Positions 18,894 to 26,756 of a DNA stretch of 64,000 nt are shown here, piece after piece. Position 1 is the first letter of the stretch. Each line of letters opens with the position of its first letter. The notes under the pieces are model-generated. The model was given only the letters and a program-made list of their open reading frames with translations. It was not told the origin of the DNA and did no database searches. This stretch comes from a virus: positions 8,423 to 72,422 of the IMG/VR virus record IMGVR_UViG_3300036828_000142, one strand, 5' to 3'. The translations under genes and the position numbers were made by a program.

Positions 18894-19121
18894 ATGATCT
18901 TGGCCGCTATCAGCGACCCGACGCTGCTGGGGCTCGCCGCGATTGTCACTGCTCTCGGCGGGGTGGCTTCGACCGTTATGGCGTTACGCAGGACCCGCAG
19001 CGAGGATCACGAAGCGTGCTTGGAGCACCTCAAGGAAGCTCGCGCCGAGGCCGAGGCGTATGCGCAGGAGCTGCACAAGCTGAAGATGGACAAGCTGGAC
19101 AAGGAGGGGGATGAGGGCTAG
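18894..19121 (+). CDS. Holin-like membrane protein (TM plus coiled coil)
   Basis: N-terminal TM, charged helical tail. Confidence 0.55.
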   Translation: MILAAISDPTLLGLAAIVTALGGVASTVMALRRTRSEDHEACLEHLKEARAEAEAYAQELHKLKMDKLDKEGDEG

Positions 19122-19626
19122 CCGCATATTTGCTGCGACCGGCGGCGCGGCGTTCCTGTCCGCAGGCGGGCTCGCAACGGCCGCAGCAGTGTCAAGCTCC
19201 GCACCGCCGCCGGTCAAGACGGTGACGGTGAGCCTGTCGCCTGGGCCACGCGGACCGCGCGGTGCGACGGGACCGGCGGGACACACTGGCGCAACGGGAC
19301 ATTCTGGCGCGACCGGCGCAGCCGGGACGACCGGTGCGACCGGGCCGCAGGGTTTGCAAGGTCCGCAGGGCCTGAAGGGCGACACGGGTGCGACTGGTCC
19401 AACTGGCCCTGGTGGAACTGGCAGTGGTGCAACTGGTCCAACGGGCCCGGCTGGTGCTACCGGTCCGCAGGGTGCGACTGGTCCTGCTGGTGCCACGGGA
19501 CCACAAGGACCTGCTGGCAGCTTCTCGTGTTACACGGGCTACTCGCCGGGCATCCTGGTGATCAACCAGCCGGGTGGGAAGGTGAGGATCTATACGTGCA
19601 TCGAGGACGGCGCGGGTCGTCGGTGA
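19111..19626 (+). CDS. Membrane-anchored/secreted collagen-like protein
   Basis: Hydrophobic N-terminus, G-X-Y run, C-terminal Cys pair. Confidence 0.7.
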   Translation: MRASRIFAATGGAAFLSAGGLATAAAVSSSAPPPVKTVTVSLSPGPRGPRGATGPAGHTGATGHSGATGAAGTTGATGPQGLQGPQGLKGDTGATGPTGPGGTGSGATGPTGPAGATGPQGATGPAGATGPQGPAGSFSCYTGYSPGILVINQPGGKVRIYTCIEDGAGRR

Positions 19627-19779
19627 GTGGTGATCGAGCATGTCCGAACCGTCATCCTGCTCGTTGCTGCTGTCGGCTGCCTGGTGTACGCATTCATCCC
19701 ACCGGGCAACCCGCAGTGGATCGGCACCGCCGGGGCTCTGCTGGGTGGTGAGGCGCTTGCGCGAGCCCGGCACGCATGA
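19627..19779 (+). CDS. Small two-TM membrane protein (not in ORF track)
   Basis: Hand-translated VVIEHVRTVILLVAAVGCLVYAFIPPGNPQWIGTAGALLGG...; ATGA coupled to next gene. Confidence 0.55.
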   Translation: MVIEHVRTVILLVAAVGCLVYAFIPPGNPQWIGTAGALLGGEALARARHA

Positions 19780-19979
19780 GCAAGAAGGCGTTCCACTGGG
19801 TGCTGCTCGGCTACGTGATCCTCGCGGTCGGCTTCGGGATTGTCGCCGGGCTCGTTGTCTCGGAGATTCACCGTCTCGACGCGACACAGAAGAACCTGCG
19901 CGCGCTGGCGTGCCAGCTCGACCGGCATGTCAACGCCGACGAGCGGGTAATGCCGCCCGACGACCTGTGTCACCGCTGA
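19776..19979 (+). CDS. Small single-TM membrane protein
   Basis: TM plus two Cys. Confidence 0.55.
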   Translation: MSKKAFHWVLLGYVILAVGFGIVAGLVVSEIHRLDATQKNLRALACQLDRHVNADERVMPPDDLCHR

Positions 19980-19983
19980 GGCC

Positions 19984-21642
19984 ATGAGACGCATCCGCCG
20001 CCTGCGCGAGGCCGGGTTCACCGAGCGCCTGCACCCACGTGGGCGCGGCGGGAAGTTCGAGGACGTGCTCGGGAAGCTGGAGCACGAACCGACCGGGCCG
20101 AGGCTGCTCGCGCTCCCGAAGCCCGAGCAGGTCAAACGCGAGGCCGCAGCCCCGAAGTCGCTGTTGCCGGGCGACAAGCCGACGATGTTCGAGTCGCACG
20201 TCTGCTCGAAGTGCGGTGGCGAGGGCAAGATTTGGACGTACTCGAACGTGATGGGCGGCACCTGCTTCAAGTGCGGTGGTCGTGGCCGGACGCTGACCCC
20301 GCGCGGGCAGAAGGCGCAGGCGCACTACCGCGATCTGCTGTCCACCCGCGCTGACGAGCTGAAGCCCGGCAACAAGATTTGGGACAGCGGCGTGCCGGGG
20401 TTCACCAGCTCCGGTTGGAAGACGGTGCAGAGCGTCACTCCCAACAGCGACGGCACCTTCAACGTCAAGGCCGAGGGCGGTGGGCTCACGAACGCGCCTG
20501 CTGGCAAGAAGTGGCGGACGTTGCACACGGCGGAGGAGAAGAAGGTCGCGGCGGACGCAGCGAAGGCGTTCCAGGCGACGCTGCCGGGCCCGAAACCCAA
20601 GAAGCCCAAGCCGAAGGCATCCACAAAACCCAAGAAGCCGCCAGCGCCGAAACCGCCGACCGCGAAGCAGATGGACCTCGTCAAGAAGCTCGCGACCGAG
20701 CATGGCCACGACGTTCCGGAGAGCATGTCGCGGGCCGAGGCGTCGCAGTTCATCGACACGCACCTGGCGCTCCCGAAACCTGGCGCGGCACCGAAGGCCG
20801 ACGTGATCGAGGGCGAGGCGACCAACGTCAAGGGGAAGCTGATCTCCGCCCGGTACAAGGAAGGTCCGTACGGCGCGCAGCCGAAGGCGCTGATCGAGGA
20901 TGAGCGCGGGTTCCGGGTGTACGGCACGCTCCCGGCGAAGCTCGGCGACGAGCTATCGAAGCGGGCTGCCGCGACCGGCGATCCGAACTGGGAGAACTAC
21001 CTGAAGGCGCACCCGACCGGCATCCACCTGACGGGGGCTACGAAGAAGTCGCAGAAGGACTCGGCGTTCGGGTTCTACTCCAAACCGAAGAACGCTGGGT
21101 TCCACGAGATCCAGGAGGCAGCCATGCCGTATAGCTTGCGAGGCACGACCGTGATCCGCGAGGACACTGGCCAGGTCGTCAAGAAGCACCCGGACGAAGC
21201 GCGGGCACTGGCCCACCTGCGCGCTCTGAAGGCCAACGTCGAGAGCCAGGAGGCCGTGTGGCGTGCGCTCGATGAGCACGCGCAGGAGTGGTTGCCAACC
21301 GAGGAGCAGCTCGCGCTCCACGAGTCCGTTCAGACCGCTGCGCTGTCCTCCACACCGTCACCGTTCTCCACGAGCACCACAAGCAACTGGATCGCCCGCG
21401 TCGGAGGACTACCGGCATATATCCAGAACGTCGCGAAGGGCATCATCAAGTCGGGCAAGACCGAATCCCAGGCGATCCAGATGGCGATTGGCGTGATGAA
21501 GAACTGGGCCAGCGGACGCGGCAAGGTCAGCCCCGAGGTGCGCGCCGCCGCAGCGAAGGCGCTCGCCCAGTGGGAAGCGAAGAAGGCCGCGTCGCACGCC
21601 AAGACGGCGGCGAAGGCAGCGGTCGCAGCAGCCAAGTCCTAG
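19984..21642 (+). CDS. Multidomain putative head-cargo protein
   Basis: LREA-HPRGRGGKF N-terminus, CxxCGGxG Zn finger, OB-like domain, MPY...HLRAL module, C-terminal NWI...GGLP.YI helical module. Confidence 0.7.
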   Translation: MRRIRRLREAGFTERLHPRGRGGKFEDVLGKLEHEPTGPRLLALPKPEQVKREAAAPKSLLPGDKPTMFESHVCSKCGGEGKIWTYSNVMGGTCFKCGGRGRTLTPRGQKAQAHYRDLLSTRADELKPGNKIWDSGVPGFTSSGWKTVQSVTPNSDGTFNVKAEGGGLTNAPAGKKWRTLHTAEEKKVAADAAKAFQATLPGPKPKKPKPKASTKPKKPPAPKPPTAKQMDLVKKLATEHGHDVPESMSRAEASQFIDTHLALPKPGAAPKADVIEGEATNVKGKLISARYKEGPYGAQPKALIEDERGFRVYGTLPAKLGDELSKRAAATGDPNWENYLKAHPTGIHLTGATKKSQKDSAFGFYSKPKNAGFHEIQEAAMPYSLRGTTVIREDTGQVVKKHPDEARALAHLRALKANVESQEAVWRALDEHAQEWLPTEEQLALHESVQTAALSSTPSPFSTSTTSNWIARVGGLPAYIQNVAKGIIKSGKTESQAIQMAIGVMKNWASGRGKVSPEVRAAAAKALAQWEAKKAASHAKTAAKAAVAAAKS

Positions 21643-21662
21643 CGCACGACCTGCGCTATGAT
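21640..21662 (+). promoter_or_regulatory. Palindrome-type promoter
   Basis: TAGCGCAC-GAC-CTGCGCTA-TGAT. Confidence 0.65.
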
Positions 21663-21734
21663 GTAGGGCGGTTGTGGTTCGGGGTGGGTACCCAACGGGC
21701 GGCACCCCGATCAACCACAACCAAGGGAGGCACG

Positions 21735-21887
21735 ATGACCCTGAGGGTCTACTACGTGCTGGCATCCGGCCGCACGAAGGTCTACCACGGACCGAGCTGC
21801 TTGTGCTTGAGAATGCACGGGCCGTACAACGGGACGGTCACGCAGCCACCGGGTCTGCGGGCCTGCGGCTACTGCGGCGGCAAGTAG
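21735..21887 (+). CDS. Small Ada-like metal-binding protein
   Basis: GGAGG SD; KVYH..SC...LRAC..C. Confidence 0.55.
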   Translation: MTLRVYYVLASGRTKVYHGPSCLCLRMHGPYNGTVTQPPGLRACGYCGGK

Positions 21888-21893
21888 CGCAAG

Positions 21894-21915
21894 GCGGGGG
21901 TCCTCGGACCCCCGC
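21894..21915 (+). terminator. Perfect inverted repeat, probable terminator
   Basis: GCGGGGGTCC-TC-GGACCCCCGC. Confidence 0.6.
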
Positions 21916-21916
21916 T

Positions 21917-21975
21917 AAGCGCACGATCTGTGCTAGTATTGTTGGTGCGGGCAGGTGTCCGCATCGACCGAGGAG
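21917..21975 (+). promoter_or_regulatory. Palindrome-type promoter, hairpin and CGACCGAGGAG RBS
   Basis: AAGCGCAC-GAT-CTGTGCTA-GTATT; TGCGG...CCGCA hairpin. Confidence 0.65.
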
Positions 21976-21981
21976 CAGAGC

Positions 21982-23538
21982 ATGACCCCCACACTCAAGA
22001 CCGTTTACGAGCGCCAGCAGGACGCCGCCGAAGCGCAGCGCCAAGTGTCCGCTCTCTACGAAGACATCTACTGGAGCCTGGAGCCCAAGGCACGCGCGAG
22101 CGCCAACCTCCACGAGCACCCCGACGTGCTCATGGCGCAGGCCGCTGCTGAGAAGCTGGCCGTCGAGGTTGCGCACCTGCGCGACCTCGTGGGTGGGCGC
22201 GTGTTCCGCGTCGTTGACTCGAAGCTGAGCGCGCTGAACGAGCGGATCGCCAAGCTGAACAAGAAAGCCGTCAAGCTCGGGACCGACCCGATCCTGCTGA
22301 CCGCCAGCTACGAGAAGGACCAGATCAAGCGCATGGTCATCACCAACCCCGAGAGCTACCAGGCGGTTGGGTTCATGGACGGCATCAACGGCCACGACGA
22401 GGTCATCGACTTCACGTACGTCACCGTTGACGGACCCACGCCGATGCTCCCCGGATTCGTGTTCATCGCGACCCTCGATCACGACACCGACGACGACGAA
22501 AACGTCGGCATCCGCCGCGCGCCAGTCGGCACCGGACTGATCAACCACATCGGCGAGGAAGCCGCCAAGGCCGTCGAAGCAGCCGACCTGACCGCCTACC
22601 GGCACGCCGACCCCGACTGCGACCACTGCAAGCTGGACCGCAAGCGCAAGCAGACGTACGTGCTGTTCGAGGTCGCGACCGGCGAACTGCGGCAGATCGG
22701 CACCAACTGCGTCAAGGACTACATCCCCGGCGCGAACAACCCCGAGCGCGTCGCAGCGTGGGCAGAGTGGCTCCACGGCCTGTACGCCGACCTCGGCTTC
22801 GAGAGCGGCGACGACGGGTTCGGCGACATCGGCGTCGGCGGTGGACGGATCGCGATTCCCACGCAGAGCTACCTGAACAACGTCGCGGCGGTCATCCGCG
22901 AGATCGGGTGGACACCCCGGTGGAACAAAGACGGCTACGGCGACTTCGCCCGCAACTACGGCGCGACCGCTGACCGCGCGAAGGACAACTACCTGGAGCG
23001 CAACGCGAAGCTGCGGATCGAGGTGATCTCCGCTGATGTTGAGCTTGCGACCGTGGCGCTGACATGGGTCCGGGACGACCTCGCTGAGCGCGACGAACTG
23101 AACGAGTTCGAGCACAACCTCACGACGTACGCCAAGAGCGACTATCTGCCCGAGAAGGGCGACGGGTTCATCGCGTCGATCATCGGCGCGTACCAGCGCG
23201 AACTGGCTCGCAAGCTGGAGGCCGAGCAGGCCGCGAACTCCGAGTGGATCGGCCAGGTCGGAGATCGGATCAAGGGACTGAGGTTCACCGTCACGTTCGT
23301 CCGGGGCTTCGAGGGTCAGTACGGCACCCGCTGGATGACCAAGGGCTACGACGCGGACGGCAACGGTCTGATCTGGTGGGGTGCCGGTGGAATGGACCAG
23401 GGCGTCACGTACACGTGCTCCGCGACGGTCAAGGCGCACGAGATGGACAAGTTCAATGGCGGCGGGAAGGTCACGCAGGTCACGAACCTGCGCTCGATCA
23501 CCCCGGTTGAGGCAGACCCGGCGCAACAGACCCTCTGA
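21982..23538 (+). CDS. Phage protein with Zn-binding motif and C-terminal OB-like fold
   Basis: CDHC..RKRKQTY...QIGTNC; EWIGQVGDR...FEGQYG...DADGN..W. Confidence 0.7.
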   Translation: MTPTLKTVYERQQDAAEAQRQVSALYEDIYWSLEPKARASANLHEHPDVLMAQAAAEKLAVEVAHLRDLVGGRVFRVVDSKLSALNERIAKLNKKAVKLGTDPILLTASYEKDQIKRMVITNPESYQAVGFMDGINGHDEVIDFTYVTVDGPTPMLPGFVFIATLDHDTDDDENVGIRRAPVGTGLINHIGEEAAKAVEAADLTAYRHADPDCDHCKLDRKRKQTYVLFEVATGELRQIGTNCVKDYIPGANNPERVAAWAEWLHGLYADLGFESGDDGFGDIGVGGGRIAIPTQSYLNNVAAVIREIGWTPRWNKDGYGDFARNYGATADRAKDNYLERNAKLRIEVISADVELATVALTWVRDDLAERDELNEFEHNLTTYAKSDYLPEKGDGFIASIIGAYQRELARKLEAEQAANSEWIGQVGDRIKGLRFTVTFVRGFEGQYGTRWMTKGYDADGNGLIWWGAGGMDQGVTYTCSATVKAHEMDKFNGGGKVTQVTNLRSITPVEADPAQQTL

Positions 23539-23639
23539 CGCGCCCGCAGCCTCCCTACGGGCACGCGGCTCCCCAGGCTGGCACCTACTACCTGTTGCCT
23601 TCCTGGGGACGCCTGCGCAGCGCGTAAGCTGAAGCGGCC

Positions 23640-23894
23640 ATGAGCGTGCTCCAGTCAGATCCATCCCAGGTCTGGCTGGAGCTTCCGCTGTACGTGGACA
23701 TGGAGAACCCTCGCTTGTACGTGGACCTCGCGCCGACCGCGAACCCAGCCGCAGCGCAGCCTCCCGCCGGACCGACCGGACCCACAGGACCGACCGGACC
23801 TACTGGCCCTGCCCCAGACCCAGCCGGGCAGTGGGTGTGGAGCATGACGAACCTCTCCTGGGAGCCGTACCCCTACGATCCATCTGGGAACTAG
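23640..23894 (+). CDS. Small protein with GPT collagen repeat
   Basis: (GPT)4. Confidence 0.55.
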   Translation: MSVLQSDPSQVWLELPLYVDMENPRLYVDLAPTANPAAAQPPAGPTGPTGPTGPTGPAPDPAGQWVWSMTNLSWEPYPYDPSGN

Positions 23895-23921
23895 CGGGCA
23901 ACCACGCCTTAGCATCCGGGC

Positions 23922-24623
23922 ATGGCCGTCAGCCTAACCGGCCCGTGGCTTATGAAGCGCGGCGCGCTCACACCGGCCTACCGGGGAACGTTGCGGAACG
24001 CTGACGGGTCGCCCATCGACCTCTCCGGCGTCGATCACGTGGACTTCGTGATGCGCGAGCGGCGCACGTTGACCCCGGTCGTGGAGGCGCAGGCCAGCGT
24101 GTTGCAGGAGGGCGACGCGGTGACCGGCACGGACGTGGGGCTCTGCGAGTACGACTGGTCGCTGGGCGACACCGACTCCTCCGGGGTCTTCAACGCCGAG
24201 TTCGCGCTCTACGACGCCAACGGCAACGTGATCGCCAGAGTCCCGAGCGACGGCTACCAGGAGATCCAGATACTCGGCAACCTGTCCGCCGCTCCGGTCC
24301 CGGACACCAATCTGCCGGTCACGTTCGACTTCCACATCTACTACGGCGACGTGTGGAGTCAGGCGTACCGCCTGCTTCAGCAGGGCATCCCGGTCGATCT
24401 GACGGGCTCGACGGTCGCCTCGTCCGTGGTCGATGCGCAGGAGGTCGTGACGCCGCTAACAGTCACGATCCTCGACGCCACCGACGGCCAGCTCCAAATC
24501 TCCGCGCTACCGGGCGCGCTCGCGGTCGGTAGCTACGACTACGACATCCAGGTGACGGACGCCACCGGACCCATCACCTGGATCAAGGGCCAGCTCGTGG
24601 TCGATCCGGATGTAACCCCATGA
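23922..24623 (+). CDS. BppU_N-like tandem-domain virion protein
   Basis: Two PIDLSG/PVDLTG beta-sandwich units (KRG..P; YYGD.W). Confidence 0.65.
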   Translation: MAVSLTGPWLMKRGALTPAYRGTLRNADGSPIDLSGVDHVDFVMRERRTLTPVVEAQASVLQEGDAVTGTDVGLCEYDWSLGDTDSSGVFNAEFALYDANGNVIARVPSDGYQEIQILGNLSAAPVPDTNLPVTFDFHIYYGDVWSQAYRLLQQGIPVDLTGSTVASSVVDAQEVVTPLTVTILDATDGQLQISALPGALAVGSYDYDIQVTDATGPITWIKGQLVVDPDVTP

Positions 24624-25186
24624 GCACCGGCAGCGTCCAGGTGATCGGCTCCGACGCGACCGTCGAGGTCACCCCGGCCGTGCGCGCGGAGGTCGAGATC
24701 GTCAAGTCCGCCGGTCCGCAGGGTCCGCCCGGCCCGACCGGCCCGACCGGACCGCAGGGCTTCGCCGGACCGACGGGACCGGCTGGACCAACTGGACCTG
24801 GAGCAGAGTTCGGACCGTGGGTGCCGCTGACGCTTGCTAACGGGTGGGCCATTCAGCCCAATGTAGGCGGCGGCATCGCTCCCGCCTATCGCTTAGAACC
24901 GGGCGGCGTTGTCCGACTGAAGGGGAGCCTCGACCCGAGCAAGTCAACCAGCCAGGAGTTCGTTGTCGATCTACCTCTCACGGCCGTTCCAAAGGCTCCG
25001 AGCAGCCCGTTCCAGACCTGCATGGCACTGGACGCAGCCGGAACAACCATGATGCTCGCGATGGTCAACCCTTACGACAACGGTGATGGCACGGGACACA
25101 TCTGGTTGGGGCACGTTGATCAGTCGCCTCTGACCGACATGATGTGGGTGGGGTTGGATGGCATAGCCCCCTGGGTTTCTGCGTGA
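24620..25186 (+). CDS. Short collagen fibre protein
   Basis: GPT repeats followed by W..LTL.NGW...[10 protein letters not shown] fibre domain. Confidence 0.7.
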   Translation: MSTGSVQVIGSDATVEVTPAVRAEVEIVKSAGPQGPPGPTGPTGPQGFAGPTGPAGPTGPGAEFGPWVPLTLANGWAIQPNVGGGIAPAYRLEPGGVVRLKGSLDPSKSTSQEFVVDLPLTAVPKAPSSPFQTCMALDAAGTTMMLAMVNPYDNGDGTGHIWLGHVDQSPLTDMMWVGLDGIAPWVSA

Positions 25187-25203
25187 GCACGCAGGTCGCG
25201 ATC

Positions 25204-25266
25204 TAGCGCATAGCGTGTGCTAGGTTGTTGGTGCGCACGACATTGGTGCGACATCGACCGAGGAGA
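25204..25266 (+). promoter_or_regulatory. Palindrome-type promoter and CGACCGAGGAGA RBS
   Basis: TAGCGCAT-AGC-GTGTGCTA-GGTT. Confidence 0.65.
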
Positions 25267-25271
25267 TTCAG

Positions 25272-25496
25272 ATGACCGACGAGAACTGCACCTGGCTGAT
25301 CGAGGTCGCGTCCGGCAACCCCGAGCCCGACTTCCCCGAGGACCTATACCGCACCGTCGAGTGCGGCGGCAAGTTGACCTTCAACGAGTACGGCTCCTGG
25401 ACCTGCGAGTACGGCCACGAACACGTCAGCTACGACGACCCGGCACGCGACGCTTACGAGGCCGAGCAGGTCTTTCGGGAGCGCCAAGAGGGCTGA
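25272..25496 (+). CDS. Small acidic hypothetical protein
   Basis: Conserved RBS; Cys/His residues. Confidence 0.65.
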   Translation: MTDENCTWLIEVASGNPEPDFPEDLYRTVECGGKLTFNEYGSWTCEYGHEHVSYDDPARDAYEAEQVFRERQEG

Positions 25497-25498
25497 GC

Positions 25499-25546
25499 TA
25501 GCGCACGATTGGTGCTAAACTGTAAGGCGTGACCACGACCGAGGAG
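25499..25546 (+). promoter_or_regulatory. Palindrome-type promoter and CGACCGAGGAG RBS
   Basis: TAGCGCAC-GAT-TGGTGCTA-AACT. Confidence 0.65.
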
Positions 25547-25552
25547 CACGCA

Positions 25553-25879
25553 ATGAGCTTTGACGAGTACGACCCCCGCGACGGCGACGATGTCTACGAC
25601 GCCTGGGTCGAAGCGCAGCACGAGAAGTGGGCGGACACCGCCACCGAGTGCGGCAACTGCGGCGAGCTTTGGCAGGCGGGCGAGCACCGCGCGACCAGGA
25701 TCGACCCCGGCTACTACGAGCAGCCGACCTGCCCGCGCTGCGGCGAGTGGAGCATCGGCGACCCGGAGAAGGAAGACGACGAGTCGGACGACGAGCCGGT
25801 CCCAGCCGACACTGGGTGGATCAAAGACCTGTTCGCTGAGCAGTTCCCCGCCGACCCGTCCGAGGAGAAGCCGTTCTGA
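25553..25879 (+). CDS. Acidic Zn-ribbon protein
   Basis: CGNC...CPRC; D/E-rich. Confidence 0.65.
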   Translation: MSFDEYDPRDGDDVYDAWVEAQHEKWADTATECGNCGELWQAGEHRATRIDPGYYEQPTCPRCGEWSIGDPEKEDDESDDEPVPADTGWIKDLFAEQFPADPSEEKPF

Positions 25880-26199
25880 TGGGCTACGACATCGTCACTC
25901 TCGAAGATTGCGCGTCGTGCTTCGGCGTCTACGACGTTGAGGGCTCGAAGGGCGACACGTACGTTGTCCAGTTCCACGGCGAGACGGGCGTGCACTGCAC
26001 CTGCCCCGGCTTCAAGTACCGCCAGGACTGCAAGCACGTCAGCTACGTCTACAAGACCGCGTGCATGCAAAACCCCCAGTACAACAGCGGCAAGCCTGAC
26101 CCGGCGATCCGCCCACGCGACTACACGTACGACGCCTTCTCGAAGACGCCGTGCCCCGCGTGCGGCGGACCGACGGTCTACGTCCGGCGAGCCGTCTGA
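25879..26199 (+). CDS. SWIM zinc-finger protein
   Basis: GSKGDTYVV...CTCPGF...CKHV. Confidence 0.75.
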   Translation: MGYDIVTLEDCASCFGVYDVEGSKGDTYVVQFHGETGVHCTCPGFKYRQDCKHVSYVYKTACMQNPQYNSGKPDPAIRPRDYTYDAFSKTPCPACGGPTVYVRRAV

Positions 26200-26200
26200 C

Positions 26201-26419
26201 TTAGGCGACGCGCCCGTTGGTGATCTGCGTGATCACCTGTTCGAGCACCTCGGCCTGGGTGAACGGCTTCGCGTCGCTCGGCCAGTTGCTCCAGCGTTGC
26301 GCCGAGGATGAGCGCTTGAACCGACGCCACACGCCGGGCTCGGTCCGCTCGTAGAGCACTTCGGTCGTGCCCTGGGTGGGGTGTCGAACGCTGATCGACA
26401 CGTCTGCCTCGTAAGCCAT
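26201..26419 (-). CDS. Small hypothetical protein
   Basis: AAGGAG SD before MAYEADV. Confidence 0.6.
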   Translation of the reverse strand: MAYEADVSISVRHPTQGTTEVLYERTEPGVWRRFKRSSSAQRWSNWPSDAKPFTQAEVLEQVITQITNGRVA

Positions 26420-26500
26420 GTGGGCTCCTTGGTAGTTGGGGTGCCTCGACCCGTTGGGTCTGGGCTGGATCGGTGAGGCTAGCAGTAGAGTCGCCGGTCG

Positions 26501-26704
26501 GTGGTGACCGACACGCCGTTCTACATCCTGCTCACGGTCGTCGTCTACAACGCGCTTGTGTTCGGGGGTGGGTGGTACGGCGAAAAGCTGCTCTACCGCC
26601 ACCGGCACCGCATCGCTCGCACGGTGCTCCAGGAGTCGCGGCTGCCGTGGCGCTGGCGTGAACGGATCGTCGGCGCGCTCTACTGGCTGTACCCGCAGCA
26701 CTAA
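26501..26704 (+). CDS. Small membrane protein
   Basis: Hydrophobic N-terminus. Confidence 0.45.
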   Translation: MVTDTPFYILLTVVVYNALVFGGGWYGEKLLYRHRHRIARTVLQESRLPWRWRERIVGALYWLYPQH

Positions 26705-26711
26705 AGCGCCA

Positions 26712-26751
26712 AATCCGTCTGTGGCAGCGCAGAAAACGGGTCTTAGTATCG
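26712..26751 (+). promoter_or_regulatory. Putative late promoter AATCCGTCTG-N22-TAGTAT
   Basis: Directly upstream of the head operon; near-leaderless start at 26757. Confidence 0.6.
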
Positions 26752-26756
26752 CGTCA

